The position numbers and the translations under genes were made by a program. Shown here in pieces: positions 1 through 7,792 of a stretch of 35,228 nucleotides of DNA. The notes below the pieces were generated by a model. That model saw only the letters and a program-made list of their open reading frames with translations. It was not told where the DNA came from and searched no databases. Origin of the DNA: a virus; IMG/VR virus record IMGVR_UViG_3300045988_093613; one strand, 5' to 3'. The stretch's first letter is position 1. Each line of letters begins with the position of its first letter.

Positions 1-66
1 GTCGGGGACATTCGCATCGTCCTTCGGGGACACGTCGGGGACATTCGCGATGTCCTGCCTCGCCTC
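1..66. repeat. Two 33-bp iteron units (B: 1-33, C: 34-66) of the origin-like repeat array; continues from 35163-35228
   Basis: gtcggggacattcgcatcgtccttcggggacac / gtcggggacattcgcgatgtcctgcctcgcctc. Unit C contains the inverted repeat GGACA-N7-TGTCC. The units encode 11-aa repeats (VSxxDxAxVPD) in the replisome organizer. Confidence 0.7.
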
Positions 67-399
67 CCTTTGGCGGCGCTTCTTGACACGCTCCCGCTCC
101 CGCGACTCATCGATCTGCCGCGAAGAATTCTGGTATTTGAGATAGTTGCGGATCATGTAGCAGCCCTCGTCGCTGCCCCTGAGCAGCAGTCCGGAGGCCA
201 CGAGGTCGGCGACGTCCCCGTCCGAGGCATTGAGGACATACAGCAGCTCGTCATCGGCGATGATGCCGTCGGAGGCGTGGTCGGAGCACCAGCTGATCGC
301 CATGACGTACAGGAGCGCCGCCGAGGGGTTCATGCGGCGCAGCTTGAGAATGTCCTTGTCCTGCCAGAAGCCGTTGCTGAGCCTCGCATAGCCTGCCAT
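1..399 (-). CDS. Phage replisome organizer / DnaD-like replication initiator, N-terminal part; the gene wraps across the window junction and continues at 35228..34662
   Basis: Not in the ORF track because it runs off the left edge. ATG at 399-397, GGAGGT (rc of 405-410) 5 nt upstream. Translation MAGYARLSNGFWQDKDILKLRRMNPSAALLYVMAISWCSDHASDGIIADDELLYVL...IRNYLKYQNSSRQIDESRERERVKKRRQREARQDIANVPDVSPKDDANVPD resembles the replisome-organizer N-terminal winged-helix domain. The codon phase at nt 33 equals the phase of ORF 34662..35228 at nt 35228. Confidence 0.8.
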   Translation of the reverse strand, partial: MAGYARLSNGFWQDKDILKLRRMNPSAALLYVMAISWCSDHASDGIIADDELLYVLNASDGDVADLVASGLLLRGSDEGCYMIRNYLKYQNSSRQIDESRERERVKKRRQREARQDIANVPDVSPKDDANVPD

Positions 400-469
400 T
401 GTCAACCTCCTAAATCTCGTGTGTGTGGCGGGCGGCGATCGTGGTGGTCGCCGCCCTGGTGTGTGTTGG

Positions 470-958
470 TCAGCCGATCGTTTCGGGGCCGAGGGGCAGC
501 CCGTGGTTGAGCAGGAGCGCGAGGCTGTCGAGCGGCAGGCCGACCAGATCGGGGTTGCGCGGGATCGCCATCGTCTCGATGCGCCGGGGGTCGACGCCGC
601 TGAGCTCGAGCATCCGCTTCCAGACGTCCTCGCCCATGTAGGCGAGGTGCGCGCGCATCTTCTCCAGCGTGTCGACGCCGTGGCCGGGACGCTTCCAGAC
701 GACCGCGCCCAGGTCCGCGTTGGCATTGCCCATCTCCACGGTCGTCTCGCCCCAGTGCGCGCTGTAGGCGGCGCGGCGCGTGGCCTTGCATTCGATGACC
801 ACGCGGCGGCCGCGCAGATGCACGTTGCCGATGTCTCCCACGTCCTTCGACCCGTGGAGCGTGAGCCGTTGGATGCGGTCGTCTCCCAGCGCCCAGCGCA
901 GGTATCCGCACACGGCCGTCTCCCACGCGGTTCCGCGTTTCTTCGAGGGGTTAGCCAT
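470..958 (-). CDS. Holliday-junction resolvase-like PD-(D/E)xK nuclease
   Basis: Internal ATG at 958 of track ORF 470..1123. MANPSKKRGTAWETAVCGYLRW...DVGDIGNVHLRGRRVVIECK has a D...ExK nuclease core. Sits in the recombination/replication module. Confidence 0.6.
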   Translation of the reverse strand: MANPSKKRGTAWETAVCGYLRWALGDDRIQRLTLHGSKDVGDIGNVHLRGRRVVIECKATRRAAYSAHWGETTVEMGNANADLGAVVWKRPGHGVDTLEKMRAHLAYMGEDVWKRMLELSGVDPRRIETMAIPRNPDLVGLPLDSLALLLNHGLPLGPETIG

Positions 959-1578
959 TCCGCTCACCGTCCTCGTGTGCGGCTTCGATGGCGATGGTCT
1001 CGAAGTTCGGCTGCTCGGTGGGGAACATGCTTTTGAGCGTGTCCATCGTCTCCGTGATGGAGAACTCGGAACTGCAGGAGATGTGGTCGCCCAGCGTGTA
1101 TTCGAAGCGTTGGCCGCACACACGGCACCAGCGGGGAAGCGGGTTCTGCTTCAGCAGCTGCTGGGTCTCGCGCAGGTCGGTGGTGCCTTCCTGAGCCCAT
1201 ACGGGTTTCCTGCAACGCGGGCACAGTGACCAAGGGGGGGCGTTTCACGACCGGTTTGGCCGGCGAGAACAATTTCTTCATGGCCTTTTCCGTGGAACCG
1301 AACACCAAGGGCCATGCGTCCATGATCTGCTGGTAGCGTTCCTCCGGCCGGTCCTCGAAATCATCACGGAACCGGTTGAACTCATCAACGCCGTGGAAGA
1401 TGTGGCTCGAAGCAAGCCACAGCAGGGTCACGGCCACGAAATCGGGGTAATAATGGGCGGGGTGTACGCTGACGCGCACGGTGGTGTCGTAGGAGAGTCC
1501 CGCCTCCGCGTCCAACGCGCTGTAGGACACCTCCATCGAGTGTGCGAGCGTAATCAATTGGTCTTTTTCAGCGTTCAA
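951..1578 (-). CDS. Hypothetical Zn-ribbon protein (about 208 aa if contiguous) interrupted by a +1 frameshift at a G7/C7 homopolymer (1234-1240)
   Basis: N-terminal part lies in the frame of track ORF 964..1692 (TTG 1578 after GAGGAG, or ATG 'MEVSYS'). After the C7 run the track frame becomes Arg-rich junk. The +1 frame reads ...PPWSLCPRCRKPVWAQEGTTDLRETQQLLKQNPLPRWCRVCGQRFEYTLGDH...EDGERNG* with high GC3 and stops at TAA 953-951. Confidence 0.55.
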
Positions 1579-1711
1579 TGTGATACTCCTCTTCGGCTTC
1601 CTCTTCGCATTCCGGGCATGGAATCGGCCGTGCCGGGTACAGCGTGCAGCCGTGCTTCGGGCAGACCGGTTCCACGTCCGTCGGCGTCTCATCGTGATAC
1701 AGGTGCAACAT
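1568..1711 (-). CDS. Small Zn-ribbon-like protein (47 aa)
   Basis: Below the track size cut-off. ATG 1711, 3 nt after the SSB stop. MLHLYHDETPTDVEPVCPKHGCTLYPARPIPCPECEEEAEEEYHIER*. Confidence 0.4.
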   Translation of the reverse strand: MLHLYHDETPTDVEPVCPKHGCTLYPARPIPCPECEEEAEEEYHIER

Positions 1712-1713
1712 GG

Positions 1714-2199
1714 TCAGAACTCCGGGTCGCTTCCGCCGTTGGCCCACGGGTCGGAGGCCGGTGGCTGCGACTGCTGGTATCCGCCCTGCGTCTGCTGCGT
1801 GTAGCCGCCCTGCGCGCCGTAACCCTGAGACTGTCCGCCGCCCTTCTGCCGAACGTTGGTGATGGCGACGGCGCTGGCGTTGACGTTGCAGCTCGCGGCC
1901 AATTCACCCTGCTTGGTCTGGTAGCCGTTGAACCCGTTGACCTCGCCAACGATGGTCACGTCCACGAACTGGTCTTGATTCTGACGAAGTTGGTTGATCT
2001 GGTCGAACACGGGGTTGAGGTTCACGTAACCCGTAGGCCACACCGAATAGTTCTGTTCCGGCTGGCTGACCCAGTTGCCGTTACGGTCACGGTAGCCCGG
2101 CGACACAGAGACGCGCAGGAACCGTTTACCGTTCTTCGTCTCCTGCACGCTCCACGCCGTGCCCTGGATGATGATGCTCGTCCTGCCCGCCATGGTCAC
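1714..2199 (-). CDS. ssb: Single-stranded DNA-binding protein
   Basis: OB-fold-like N-terminus, G/Q-rich tail and acidic tip (...GGSDPEF). ATGA overlap with the recT stop. Confidence 0.8.
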   Translation of the reverse strand: MTMAGRTSIIIQGTAWSVQETKNGKRFLRVSVSPGYRDRNGNWVSQPEQNYSVWPTGYVNLNPVFDQINQLRQNQDQFVDVTIVGEVNGFNGYQTKQGELAASCNVNASAVAITNVRQKGGGQSQGYGAQGGYTQQTQGGYQQSQPPASDPWANGGSDPEF

Positions 2200-3233
2200 T
2201 CGCCTTCCTTCACGCTGGCCTTCAACTGGCCCAGCACCTTGTCAAGCTCCGCTTCGGTCAGCTCATCGCTTGCCTTCACCTCACGATTCAGAATCTTCGT
2301 GATGGTCTCGCACGCCTCCGCGTCCGAAGCCACGCCCAACGCCTGGAAGCGGCGAATCATCTCCGCACGCTTCACATCCACCGGGGAAGGCTCCGCCTCG
2401 GGCTGGGTTTCCTGTTGCGGCTGTTCGGACTCGTCCACGCTCACGTCAACCGGCGAATCATCCACCGTCTCGTCGGGCAGGGGGCGGAACAGTTCGGAAT
2501 AGTTGGGCGTGGTCTCGTCGGAGACGGCCGCGGACTGGGCTTCGACGCTCACCGGGAGCCATTTGAAGCTGCGGCGCACCACCGTCTTCAACGCCATGGC
2601 CTCATAGTCGGTGCGCCATGGGCCCTTGTTGCCTGCGGGGCTGCGGCGTTTGACGGCCTCGACTTCTTCCTTGGTCATGTGCACGAACACGCTTCCTGCA
2701 GGCAGCAGCTGGGCGTTCACATACACGTCGGTCAGCGTGGCCTCGGTGTGCGGCACGCCACGGGTGGTGCGGAACTTGAAGTGCTGGCCGGTCTCATCCT
2801 CCCAGTAATCGAATTCGTCGCCCTGGTACACGGCCTGCGCGTGAATGCTCTTCAACTGGCCGGAACGACGGGCCAACGCGATCATGCCGCGATAGCCGAG
2901 CACGAACATGGCCTCCTTCTGGCCGGTGCGCATGTTCTTGTTACCGAATGGCAGGATGTAGGCCATGCCGAGCCCGTTCACGTTCGACGGTTCCAGACCG
3001 AGGCTCGTGCAGCGCATGAAGCATGACAACACCGATTCGACCGAGCAGCTGGCCAGCTGGGGTTCGCGGTTGATGGTGCTCACGTACATCTGGTAGAGGC
3101 GCTTCTCGCTCATCTCCTGCGGCATGACCGCCGCGATGCGAGGCCAGCTCTTCTCGAGCAGCTGCTTCATCTGGCGCTGCGGGTTCATGGCCTGCATCTG
3201 CACGTTCTGCGCCTGTGTCGCTAACTGTCCCAT
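2196..3233 (-). CDS. recT: RecT-family single-strand annealing recombinase
   Basis: 345 aa; ...VSTINREPQLASCSVESVLSCFMRCTSLGLEPS...AYILPFGN... is a RecT-like core. Sits between the exonuclease and SSB genes. Confidence 0.8.
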   Translation of the reverse strand: MGQLATQAQNVQMQAMNPQRQMKQLLEKSWPRIAAVMPQEMSEKRLYQMYVSTINREPQLASCSVESVLSCFMRCTSLGLEPSNVNGLGMAYILPFGNKNMRTGQKEAMFVLGYRGMIALARRSGQLKSIHAQAVYQGDEFDYWEDETGQHFKFRTTRGVPHTEATLTDVYVNAQLLPAGSVFVHMTKEEVEAVKRRSPAGNKGPWRTDYEAMALKTVVRRSFKWLPVSVEAQSAAVSDETTPNYSELFRPLPDETVDDSPVDVSVDESEQPQQETQPEAEPSPVDVKRAEMIRRFQALGVASDAEACETITKILNREVKASDELTEAELDKVLGQLKASVKEGE

Positions 3234-3246
3234 AATCGGTTCTCCT

Positions 3247-4242
3247 TTACTTGGTTTTCTTCGGTTTGATTTCGCTGAATCGGAAGGTGCGGCCCTCCCA
3301 TGGTTCGACCACGCGCGTGTAGCCCTTGCGTGAGGACGTCTTGTAGGTGGCTTGGAGGTTGCCGCAGCGCACGCCCTCGTGGTCGCCGACGTACACGAGG
3401 ATGCAGTCCTGCAGCTCCTCCTTGCGTGCCTTCAACGCCTTCTCGTCGGCGATGACCTGACGGTATGAGTCCATGACATCCTGCAGGTCGCTGTCGCCGG
3501 TCATGTCCTCGATGCCCTCCGCCGGGTCGGGGTACGCCTTGGCGACGTCCTGCCCGGTCAGTCGGGGCATCTCGTCGCGTGCGACGAACCCCCAGAAGTC
3601 CTCGGCGGCGGTGATGACGGCGTTCACATCGTCCTCGTCGCGCTCGAACCTGATCTCGACCGGCTCGGATTCGCCGATGTCCGCGTACACGTAGCCCCAG
3701 CGGAAGCCGGTGACGGCCATGTAATGCGTGACCTGCGCCATGTAGTAATCGGGGGCGATAAGCTCGCCCATATCGTCGTGCCAGTCGGTGCGTCCCCGGT
3801 TCGCGTTCGCGGTCTTGATCTCGAGGATGCCCCACGAATCCGAGGCCTCGTCGTAAATGAAACCGTCCAGTGAGGCGTGCATGACCGGGTGGGAGATGGA
3901 CACGAGGCTGATGTCGGTGCCGTCGATGACCTGGTATTCCGGGTGGAGCTGGCGGAATCTGCGGCGCAGTTCGACCTCCAAGGCGTTGCCCTTGATGATC
4001 GCCCACCTGCCGCTGATGTCCTCCGGCTTCTGACGGCCCGTCTTCTCCAGCCACAGCTCATAGGGCGTCGTGTAGGTGTTGAGGCCGAGGATGGTGCTCA
4101 TATCCGAGCCGCCCACGCCCTCGGTGCGGAAGGCAAGCCAAGCCCGATGACGGCTCTCCTTCGTGGTGCCCGCCCCGCCGAAGCGCCTGAGCGAGAACAT
4201 GTCGGTGCTTCGGCGGGCCTTGTCGATGGTCATGCGGCTCAT
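3247..4242 (-). CDS. YqaJ-like viral recombinase exonuclease (RecE/lambda-Exo functional analogue)
   Basis: Internal ATG 4242 (ATGA overlap with the upstream stop). ...GGSDMSTILGLNTYTTPYELW...LDGFIYD...GILEIKTA... is a YqaJ PD-(D/E)xK pattern. Confidence 0.8.
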   Translation of the reverse strand: MSRMTIDKARRSTDMFSLRRFGGAGTTKESRHRAWLAFRTEGVGGSDMSTILGLNTYTTPYELWLEKTGRQKPEDISGRWAIIKGNALEVELRRRFRQLHPEYQVIDGTDISLVSISHPVMHASLDGFIYDEASDSWGILEIKTANANRGRTDWHDDMGELIAPDYYMAQVTHYMAVTGFRWGYVYADIGESEPVEIRFERDEDDVNAVITAAEDFWGFVARDEMPRLTGQDVAKAYPDPAEGIEDMTGDSDLQDVMDSYRQVIADEKALKARKEELQDCILVYVGDHEGVRCGNLQATYKTSSRKGYTRVVEPWEGRTFRFSEIKPKKTK

Positions 4243-4655
4243 AGCTTCTCGCCTCCCATCTGTGTGGAGGCGAGCGCGAGCACCGATGCCATGGCGTGCA
4301 ATGCGTGGCCGGCTGCCGCGTGTATCTGCGTGCATGGCGTGCCCTGCTGCCCCTGCCTGACCATGGACGCCTCGACTTGCAGGAGCGCGTCGGCGGCGTC
4401 GCGCAGGATGCGCAGCCAGCGGGGTGCGAGCAGCCTGATCTCGTCGGTGTCGAGCAGCGACTTCACGCCGGGTTCGATGCTCACGCCGCTCTGGAGCGAC
4501 GCGATGAACAGGAGGTTGTTGAGGGACTGCGCGTCCGGCTTCGCCGTGAGCGATTCCAGCCCGTACAGCAGCTGCTCGCTGAGTCGTCGCATCGCCATCA
4601 TCCAGTCGTCGGCGTCGCCGAAATCGTTGGATTCGTCGATGCTGTTCTGGTTCAT
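4239..4655 (-). CDS. Hypothetical early protein (138 aa)
   Basis: Internal ATG 4655, ATGA-coupled to the upstream gene. MNQNSIDESNDFGDADDWMMAMRRLSEQLLYG... Confidence 0.55.
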   Translation of the reverse strand: MNQNSIDESNDFGDADDWMMAMRRLSEQLLYGLESLTAKPDAQSLNNLLFIASLQSGVSIEPGVKSLLDTDEIRLLAPRWLRILRDAADALLQVEASMVRQGQQGTPCTQIHAAAGHALHAMASVLALASTQMGGEKL

Positions 4656-4891
4656 CGTTGACCTCCGTAAAGATATTCGGCGCGGCTGCACCGGTTCCGC
4701 TTGTCTGCGTTCTCCACGTCCTCGCGCCTCCAGCCGATGACGCGGCCGTTCTTCCGAACCGGCTCCGGATAGGGGCTGGGACGCTCCCCGGAACTCCACT
4801 TGTAGACCGTCGAACGGCTGTAGCCGGTATGCTCGGCGAGCTGCCTGACCGTGACCAGTCCCGACAGCGCGTTTGAAACCGTTGCACTCAC
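4652..4891 (-). CDS. Excisionase/AlpA-like HTH DNA-binding protein
   Basis: GTG 4891 after GAAAGGA. VTVRQLAEHTGYSRSTVYKWSSG...GRVIGWRREDVE resembles a MerR/Xis-type winged HTH. Confidence 0.6.
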   Translation of the reverse strand: MSATVSNALSGLVTVRQLAEHTGYSRSTVYKWSSGERPSPYPEPVRKNGRVIGWRREDVENADKRNRCSRAEYLYGGQR

Positions 4892-4921
4892 GACGTATCC
4901 TTTCTCTTGGGTATTCCTTTC

Positions 4922-4957
4922 GGGCGGTCCCCGTGCCAGCGGGGACCGCCCTTTTTG
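4922..4957 (+). terminator. Strong intrinsic terminator oriented for the PLUS strand, antisense to the gene array
   Basis: Perfect 12-bp stem GGGCGGTCCCCG (4922-4933) / CGGGGACCGCCC (4940-4951), 6-nt loop, then TTTTT (4952-4956). The minus-strand reading has no U-tract. Confidence 0.7.
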
Positions 4958-5218
4958 TCGGCTGAAACCTTGTGGTTTCGTGGACGGCCCGGAATCGAAC
5001 CGGGTCCCGGCCTTTGCCCCGCGTCATGACCCGCGTGATCTCGGCCGGGGGCTACCTGCGCCGCCCGTAAGCGCCGCGCCGGATAGGTTCGACCCCGCAG
5101 GGTCCCGGCGCGACACCGGTTTGAGAACTCTTCAGTTATGGTTATTTGGTTTTAACGACTGACCTTTGTCGCCGGCCGCGCGTCGGAAGATGAAGAAGAA
5201 ACGACGCCCGGCCAAGAC

Positions 5219-5566
5219 CTATTCGCGCTCGGAGTCCTCCGGGAACAGCCACGGGGCATCGCTCGCGGCGAGCATCAGCAGCGGCGCGAAAGCGCACACC
5301 CCGCCCACGGCGAGCAGCAGCACCGCCACGACCGCCCCAATCGGGCGGGAGCACCCGTCATGCGAGAGGATCCACGCGAGCGCCGCGATGACGAGCGCGA
5401 GACCCGCCGTGCAGGATGCCAGCAGACAGAGCACCGGATAACGGTCGAGGAAACGTCGGGTGGCGGGGCGAACACCGGGGTCGGCAACGGGTGTCCCCAT
5501 TGCTGTACTGGACCCCGCCGCCCGACGGGACTTGATGTGATGGCCTTGGATGTCATCGACGCGCAT
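5219..5566 (-). CDS. Membrane protein (115 aa, about 3 hydrophobic helices)
   Basis: ...YPVLCLLASCTAGLALVIAALAWIL...IGAVVAVLLLAVGGVCAFAPLLMLAA... Confidence 0.5.
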   Translation of the reverse strand: MRVDDIQGHHIKSRRAAGSSTAMGTPVADPGVRPATRRFLDRYPVLCLLASCTAGLALVIAALAWILSHDGCSRPIGAVVAVLLLAVGGVCAFAPLLMLAASDAPWLFPEDSERE

Positions 5567-5762
5567 CGTCGGCCTCCTTCGCGTCGCGCAATGCGCGGCT
5601 GATCTCCCGTTTGATGGATTGCAAGCCGCCCTTGGTGACCCTGACCGCCGTGTGCCCGTCGAGGGTGACCGCGAAGAGGCACGGGTAGCCGGCCGACTCC
5701 ACTTGCGGGGTGCGCGTGACCGTGAACTCGCGGCCGTCGTTTTCAGTGAGCCGTGCCATCAC
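5553..5762 (-). CDS. Hypothetical early protein (69 aa)
   Basis: Track ORF; ATGA overlap with the upstream gene. Confidence 0.5.
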   Translation of the reverse strand: MMARLTENDGREFTVTRTPQVESAGYPCLFAVTLDGHTAVRVTKGGLQSIKREISRALRDAKEADDARR

Positions 5763-5962
5763 GCCACCGTCTTCGCTGTTAAGGAAATCATGAAGTTGAC
5801 TTCGAGGAACAGAATCGCCAGAATCACAATCCAGTAGATGATGGGGTGCTCGTCCGAGAAATACCGGAGTAAGAACCCGACACCCGCAGGTACGATGAGA
5901 AACCCGATGGATAAAGCGAATAATGCCGCCGTGTGTGGTAGCGTTTCAATGAATTGTTCCAT
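5759..5962 (-). CDS. Small 2-TM membrane protein (67 aa), low-GC insert
   Basis: ATG 5962 after GGAGGTGG. MEQFIETLPHTAALFALSIGFLIVPAGVGFLLRYFSDEHPIIYWIVILAILFLEVNFMISLTAKTVA. In this sequence it is in frame with the cro-like ORF (track ORF 5759..6202). Confidence 0.55.
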   Translation of the reverse strand: MEQFIETLPHTAALFALSIGFLIVPAGVGFLLRYFSDEHPIIYWIVILAILFLEVNFMISLTAKTVA

Positions 5963-6202
5963 CACGCCACCTCCCTGCCGGCGAGCGCGGCAGCGATGGC
6001 CTTTGACGGGTTGCCGCCTGATTCGACCTGTGCGGGCGAGGAACATGCTGAGTGATATGTCATCTCGGTCGAGGTTGTTGCTGACGGTCTGGCGGACCAC
6101 GCCTAGGCTCTCGGCGATGGTGGTGAAGCTGGTTTTCGTGAGCAGTACCTGTGCGCGGGTCTGTTTCACGAGTTCCTTTGCCATCTCCTGGTATTTGGTC
6201 AT
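5962..6202 (-). CDS. Cro-like XRE-family HTH regulator with an apparent frameshift near 6031
   Basis: MTKYQEMAKELVKQTRAQVLLTKTSFTTIAESLGVVRQTVSNNLDRDDISLSMFLAR. After this point the +1 frame gives QVESGGNPSKAIAAALAGREVA* (stop 5964-5962, high GC3). That reading aligns with FLAICDVCGADP of the repressor at 6501. The continuing frame is Arg-rich (TGRIRRQPVKGHRCRARRQGGG). Confidence 0.6.
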
Positions 6203-6233
6203 TGATGTCGTTCCTTCCGTGGTCCCGTGTGGT

Positions 6234-6398
6234 TCAGAGGTTCCTGATTCGGTCGAATTCCTCGGCGGTGAGGGTGATGGTCACGTCGGTGATTCCCATG
6301 TCCCCGATTCGGACCTCGACCCGGCCATCGGCCAGTCGCCTGACCTTCAGCGGCCTGCCCGGCTCCTCGTGGTTCTCGATTCGGATTTCCTCGCTCAT
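6234..6398 (-). CDS. First early-lytic ORF (54 aa)
   Basis: Below the track cut-off. ATG 6398 after AGGAGGT. MSEEIRIENHEEPGRPLKVRRLADGRVEVRIGDMGITDVTITLTAEEFDRIRNL*. Confidence 0.5.
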   Translation of the reverse strand: MSEEIRIENHEEPGRPLKVRRLADGRVEVRIGDMGITDVTITLTAEEFDRIRNL

Positions 6399-6500
6399 CC
6401 CAACCTCCTGTGTTATGTAAGCATTAGCTTAATGCTAGCTCAAGATTACAGATGTAAAAAGTTCGGTGTGTCTCCTCATGATTACGCGTATTTTTGAAGC
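6399..6500. promoter_or_regulatory. Divergent lysis/lysogeny switch region (operators plus promoters)
   Basis: AT-rich 102-bp gap between divergent cro-side and repressor genes. Palindromes GCATTA-gct-TAATGC (6421-6435) and TTACA-ga-TGTAA (6447-6458). Minus-strand TTGAGC-N17-TTACAT has the first palindrome in its spacer. TATTTT (6489-6494) lies 6 nt before the repressor ATG, suggesting a leaderless repressor mRNA. Confidence 0.55.
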
Positions 6501-6878
6501 ATGGCAGCAAGAGTTGAATGGACGGCGGCGGATTACGCCGCAAAAGAAGCGATGGAGCGAATCATCGACGATTCCGCGCTCGCATATCGCGTCATCGCCG
6601 AACGTATGGGTGGCGTAGTCAGCCATGTGCGCATTGGGTATATCCATAATGGCGAGAAGTCGCCGGTACGGCTGTCTGAGTTTCTTGCCATCTGTGACGT
6701 GTGCGGTGCAGACCCGGTGCAGACGGTGAGGGACATACTTGCCGAAGCTCGCCGCATCGAGGCTGAGCGCGCCGCCGACGAGATGGCCGACCGCATCGTC
6801 GCCAATCCTGATGATTTCGACGTGGCCGCAAGCATCGATCCGCACAAGCGGGACGAAGCGAACACCCCTCGAGAATAA
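6501..6878 (+). CDS. CI-like XRE-family HTH repressor
   Basis: 125 aa; ...AYRVIAERMGGVVSHVRIGYIHNGEKSPVRLSEFLAICDVCGADP... Divergent from the lytic genes. Confidence 0.75.
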   Translation: MAARVEWTAADYAAKEAMERIIDDSALAYRVIAERMGGVVSHVRIGYIHNGEKSPVRLSEFLAICDVCGADPVQTVRDILAEARRIEAERAADEMADRIVANPDDFDVAASIDPHKRDEANTPRE

Positions 6879-6889
6879 GGACAGGACCA

Positions 6890-7792
6890 ATGGCCTCACT
6901 CAAGAAAACCGTGCAGGAAACACTGAGCATCAACGGGCTCGACGTCGCGATACGCGGCAACGGGGACGAAAACGACTACATTTCGCTCACCGATCTGGCG
7001 CGCGAAAAGGTCGGACCGGAAGGCGACCCGCGATTCGCAATCGGCAATTGGATGCGTCTGAAAGACACCATCGCGCTGTTGGGCATCTGGGAAAAGCTCA
7101 ACAACCCGGATTTTAAACGTGTCGAATTCGACACGTTTATGGGTGAGGCCGGACGCAACGCCTTCACCATGACGCCAAGCCGATGGATAACGGCAACCAA
7201 CGCCATCGGCATCCAATCCCGCCGCGGGCGCAATGGCGGCACATTCGCTCACGTGGACCTCGCCCTCGACTTCGCCGCATGGATCAGTCCCGAATTCCGA
7301 CTCTACGTATTCCAGGAATACAAGCGACTCAAGAAGGACGAATCCAGTCGCCTCAACGCCGAATGGAACGAAAAGCGATTGTTCGCCGCCATGAACTACC
7401 GCGTCCACACCGATGCGATCAAGGACATGATGCCTCCACATCTGTCCCGCAACGACCAACGAATCAGATACGCACAGGAAGGGGACGTACTCAACATCGC
7501 CGTATTCGGCCGAACCGCAAGACAATGGAGAGACGCCAACCCGAACGCAAAAGGCAATATGCGCGACTACGCCAGTATCACGCAAAACCTCGTGCTGTCC
7601 AACCTCGAAAACCTTAACGCCGAAATGATTCGGGACGGCAAGTCCATCCGGGAACGGATGCTCAAACTCAACGAGATCGCACGTCACCAGATGGAACTCT
7701 TCAACTCACATCCTACCGTGCGAAAACTCGAAGCCGAAGAGCACCACCATATAGAAAAACCGGAGGTGAATGAAAACGACGACCTACGCTGA
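6890..7792 (+). CDS. KilA-N domain DNA-binding protein
   Basis: ...DYISLTDLAR...NWMRLKDTIALLGIWEKLNNPDFK...GGTFAHVDLALDFAAWISPEFRLYVFQEYKRLK... is the typical KilA-N family signature. Confidence 0.75.
   Translation: MASLKKTVQETLSINGLDVAIRGNGDENDYISLTDLAREKVGPEGDPRFAIGNWMRLKDTIALLGIWEKLNNPDFKRVEFDTFMGEAGRNAFTMTPSRWITATNAIGIQSRRGRNGGTFAHVDLALDFAAWISPEFRLYVFQEYKRLKKDESSRLNAEWNEKRLFAAMNYRVHTDAIKDMMPPHLSRNDQRIRYAQEGDVLNIAVFGRTARQWRDANPNAKGNMRDYASITQNLVLSNLENLNAEMIRDGKSIRERMLKLNEIARHQMELFNSHPTVRKLEAEEHHHIEKPEVNENDDLR

Noticed and set aside
4981-5066. 86-nt minus-strand segment with a perfect T-arm (CCCGG-TTCGATT-CCGGG) and a pairable acceptor-like stem. Considered as a class-II tRNA, tRNA-Sec or tmRNA fragment.
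   Set aside because: No 5-bp anticodon stem with a 7-nt loop can be drawn around any candidate anticodon (CAT/TCA). The acceptor stem is only 6 bp and there is no CCA end. It is kept only as part of the structured-gap finding.
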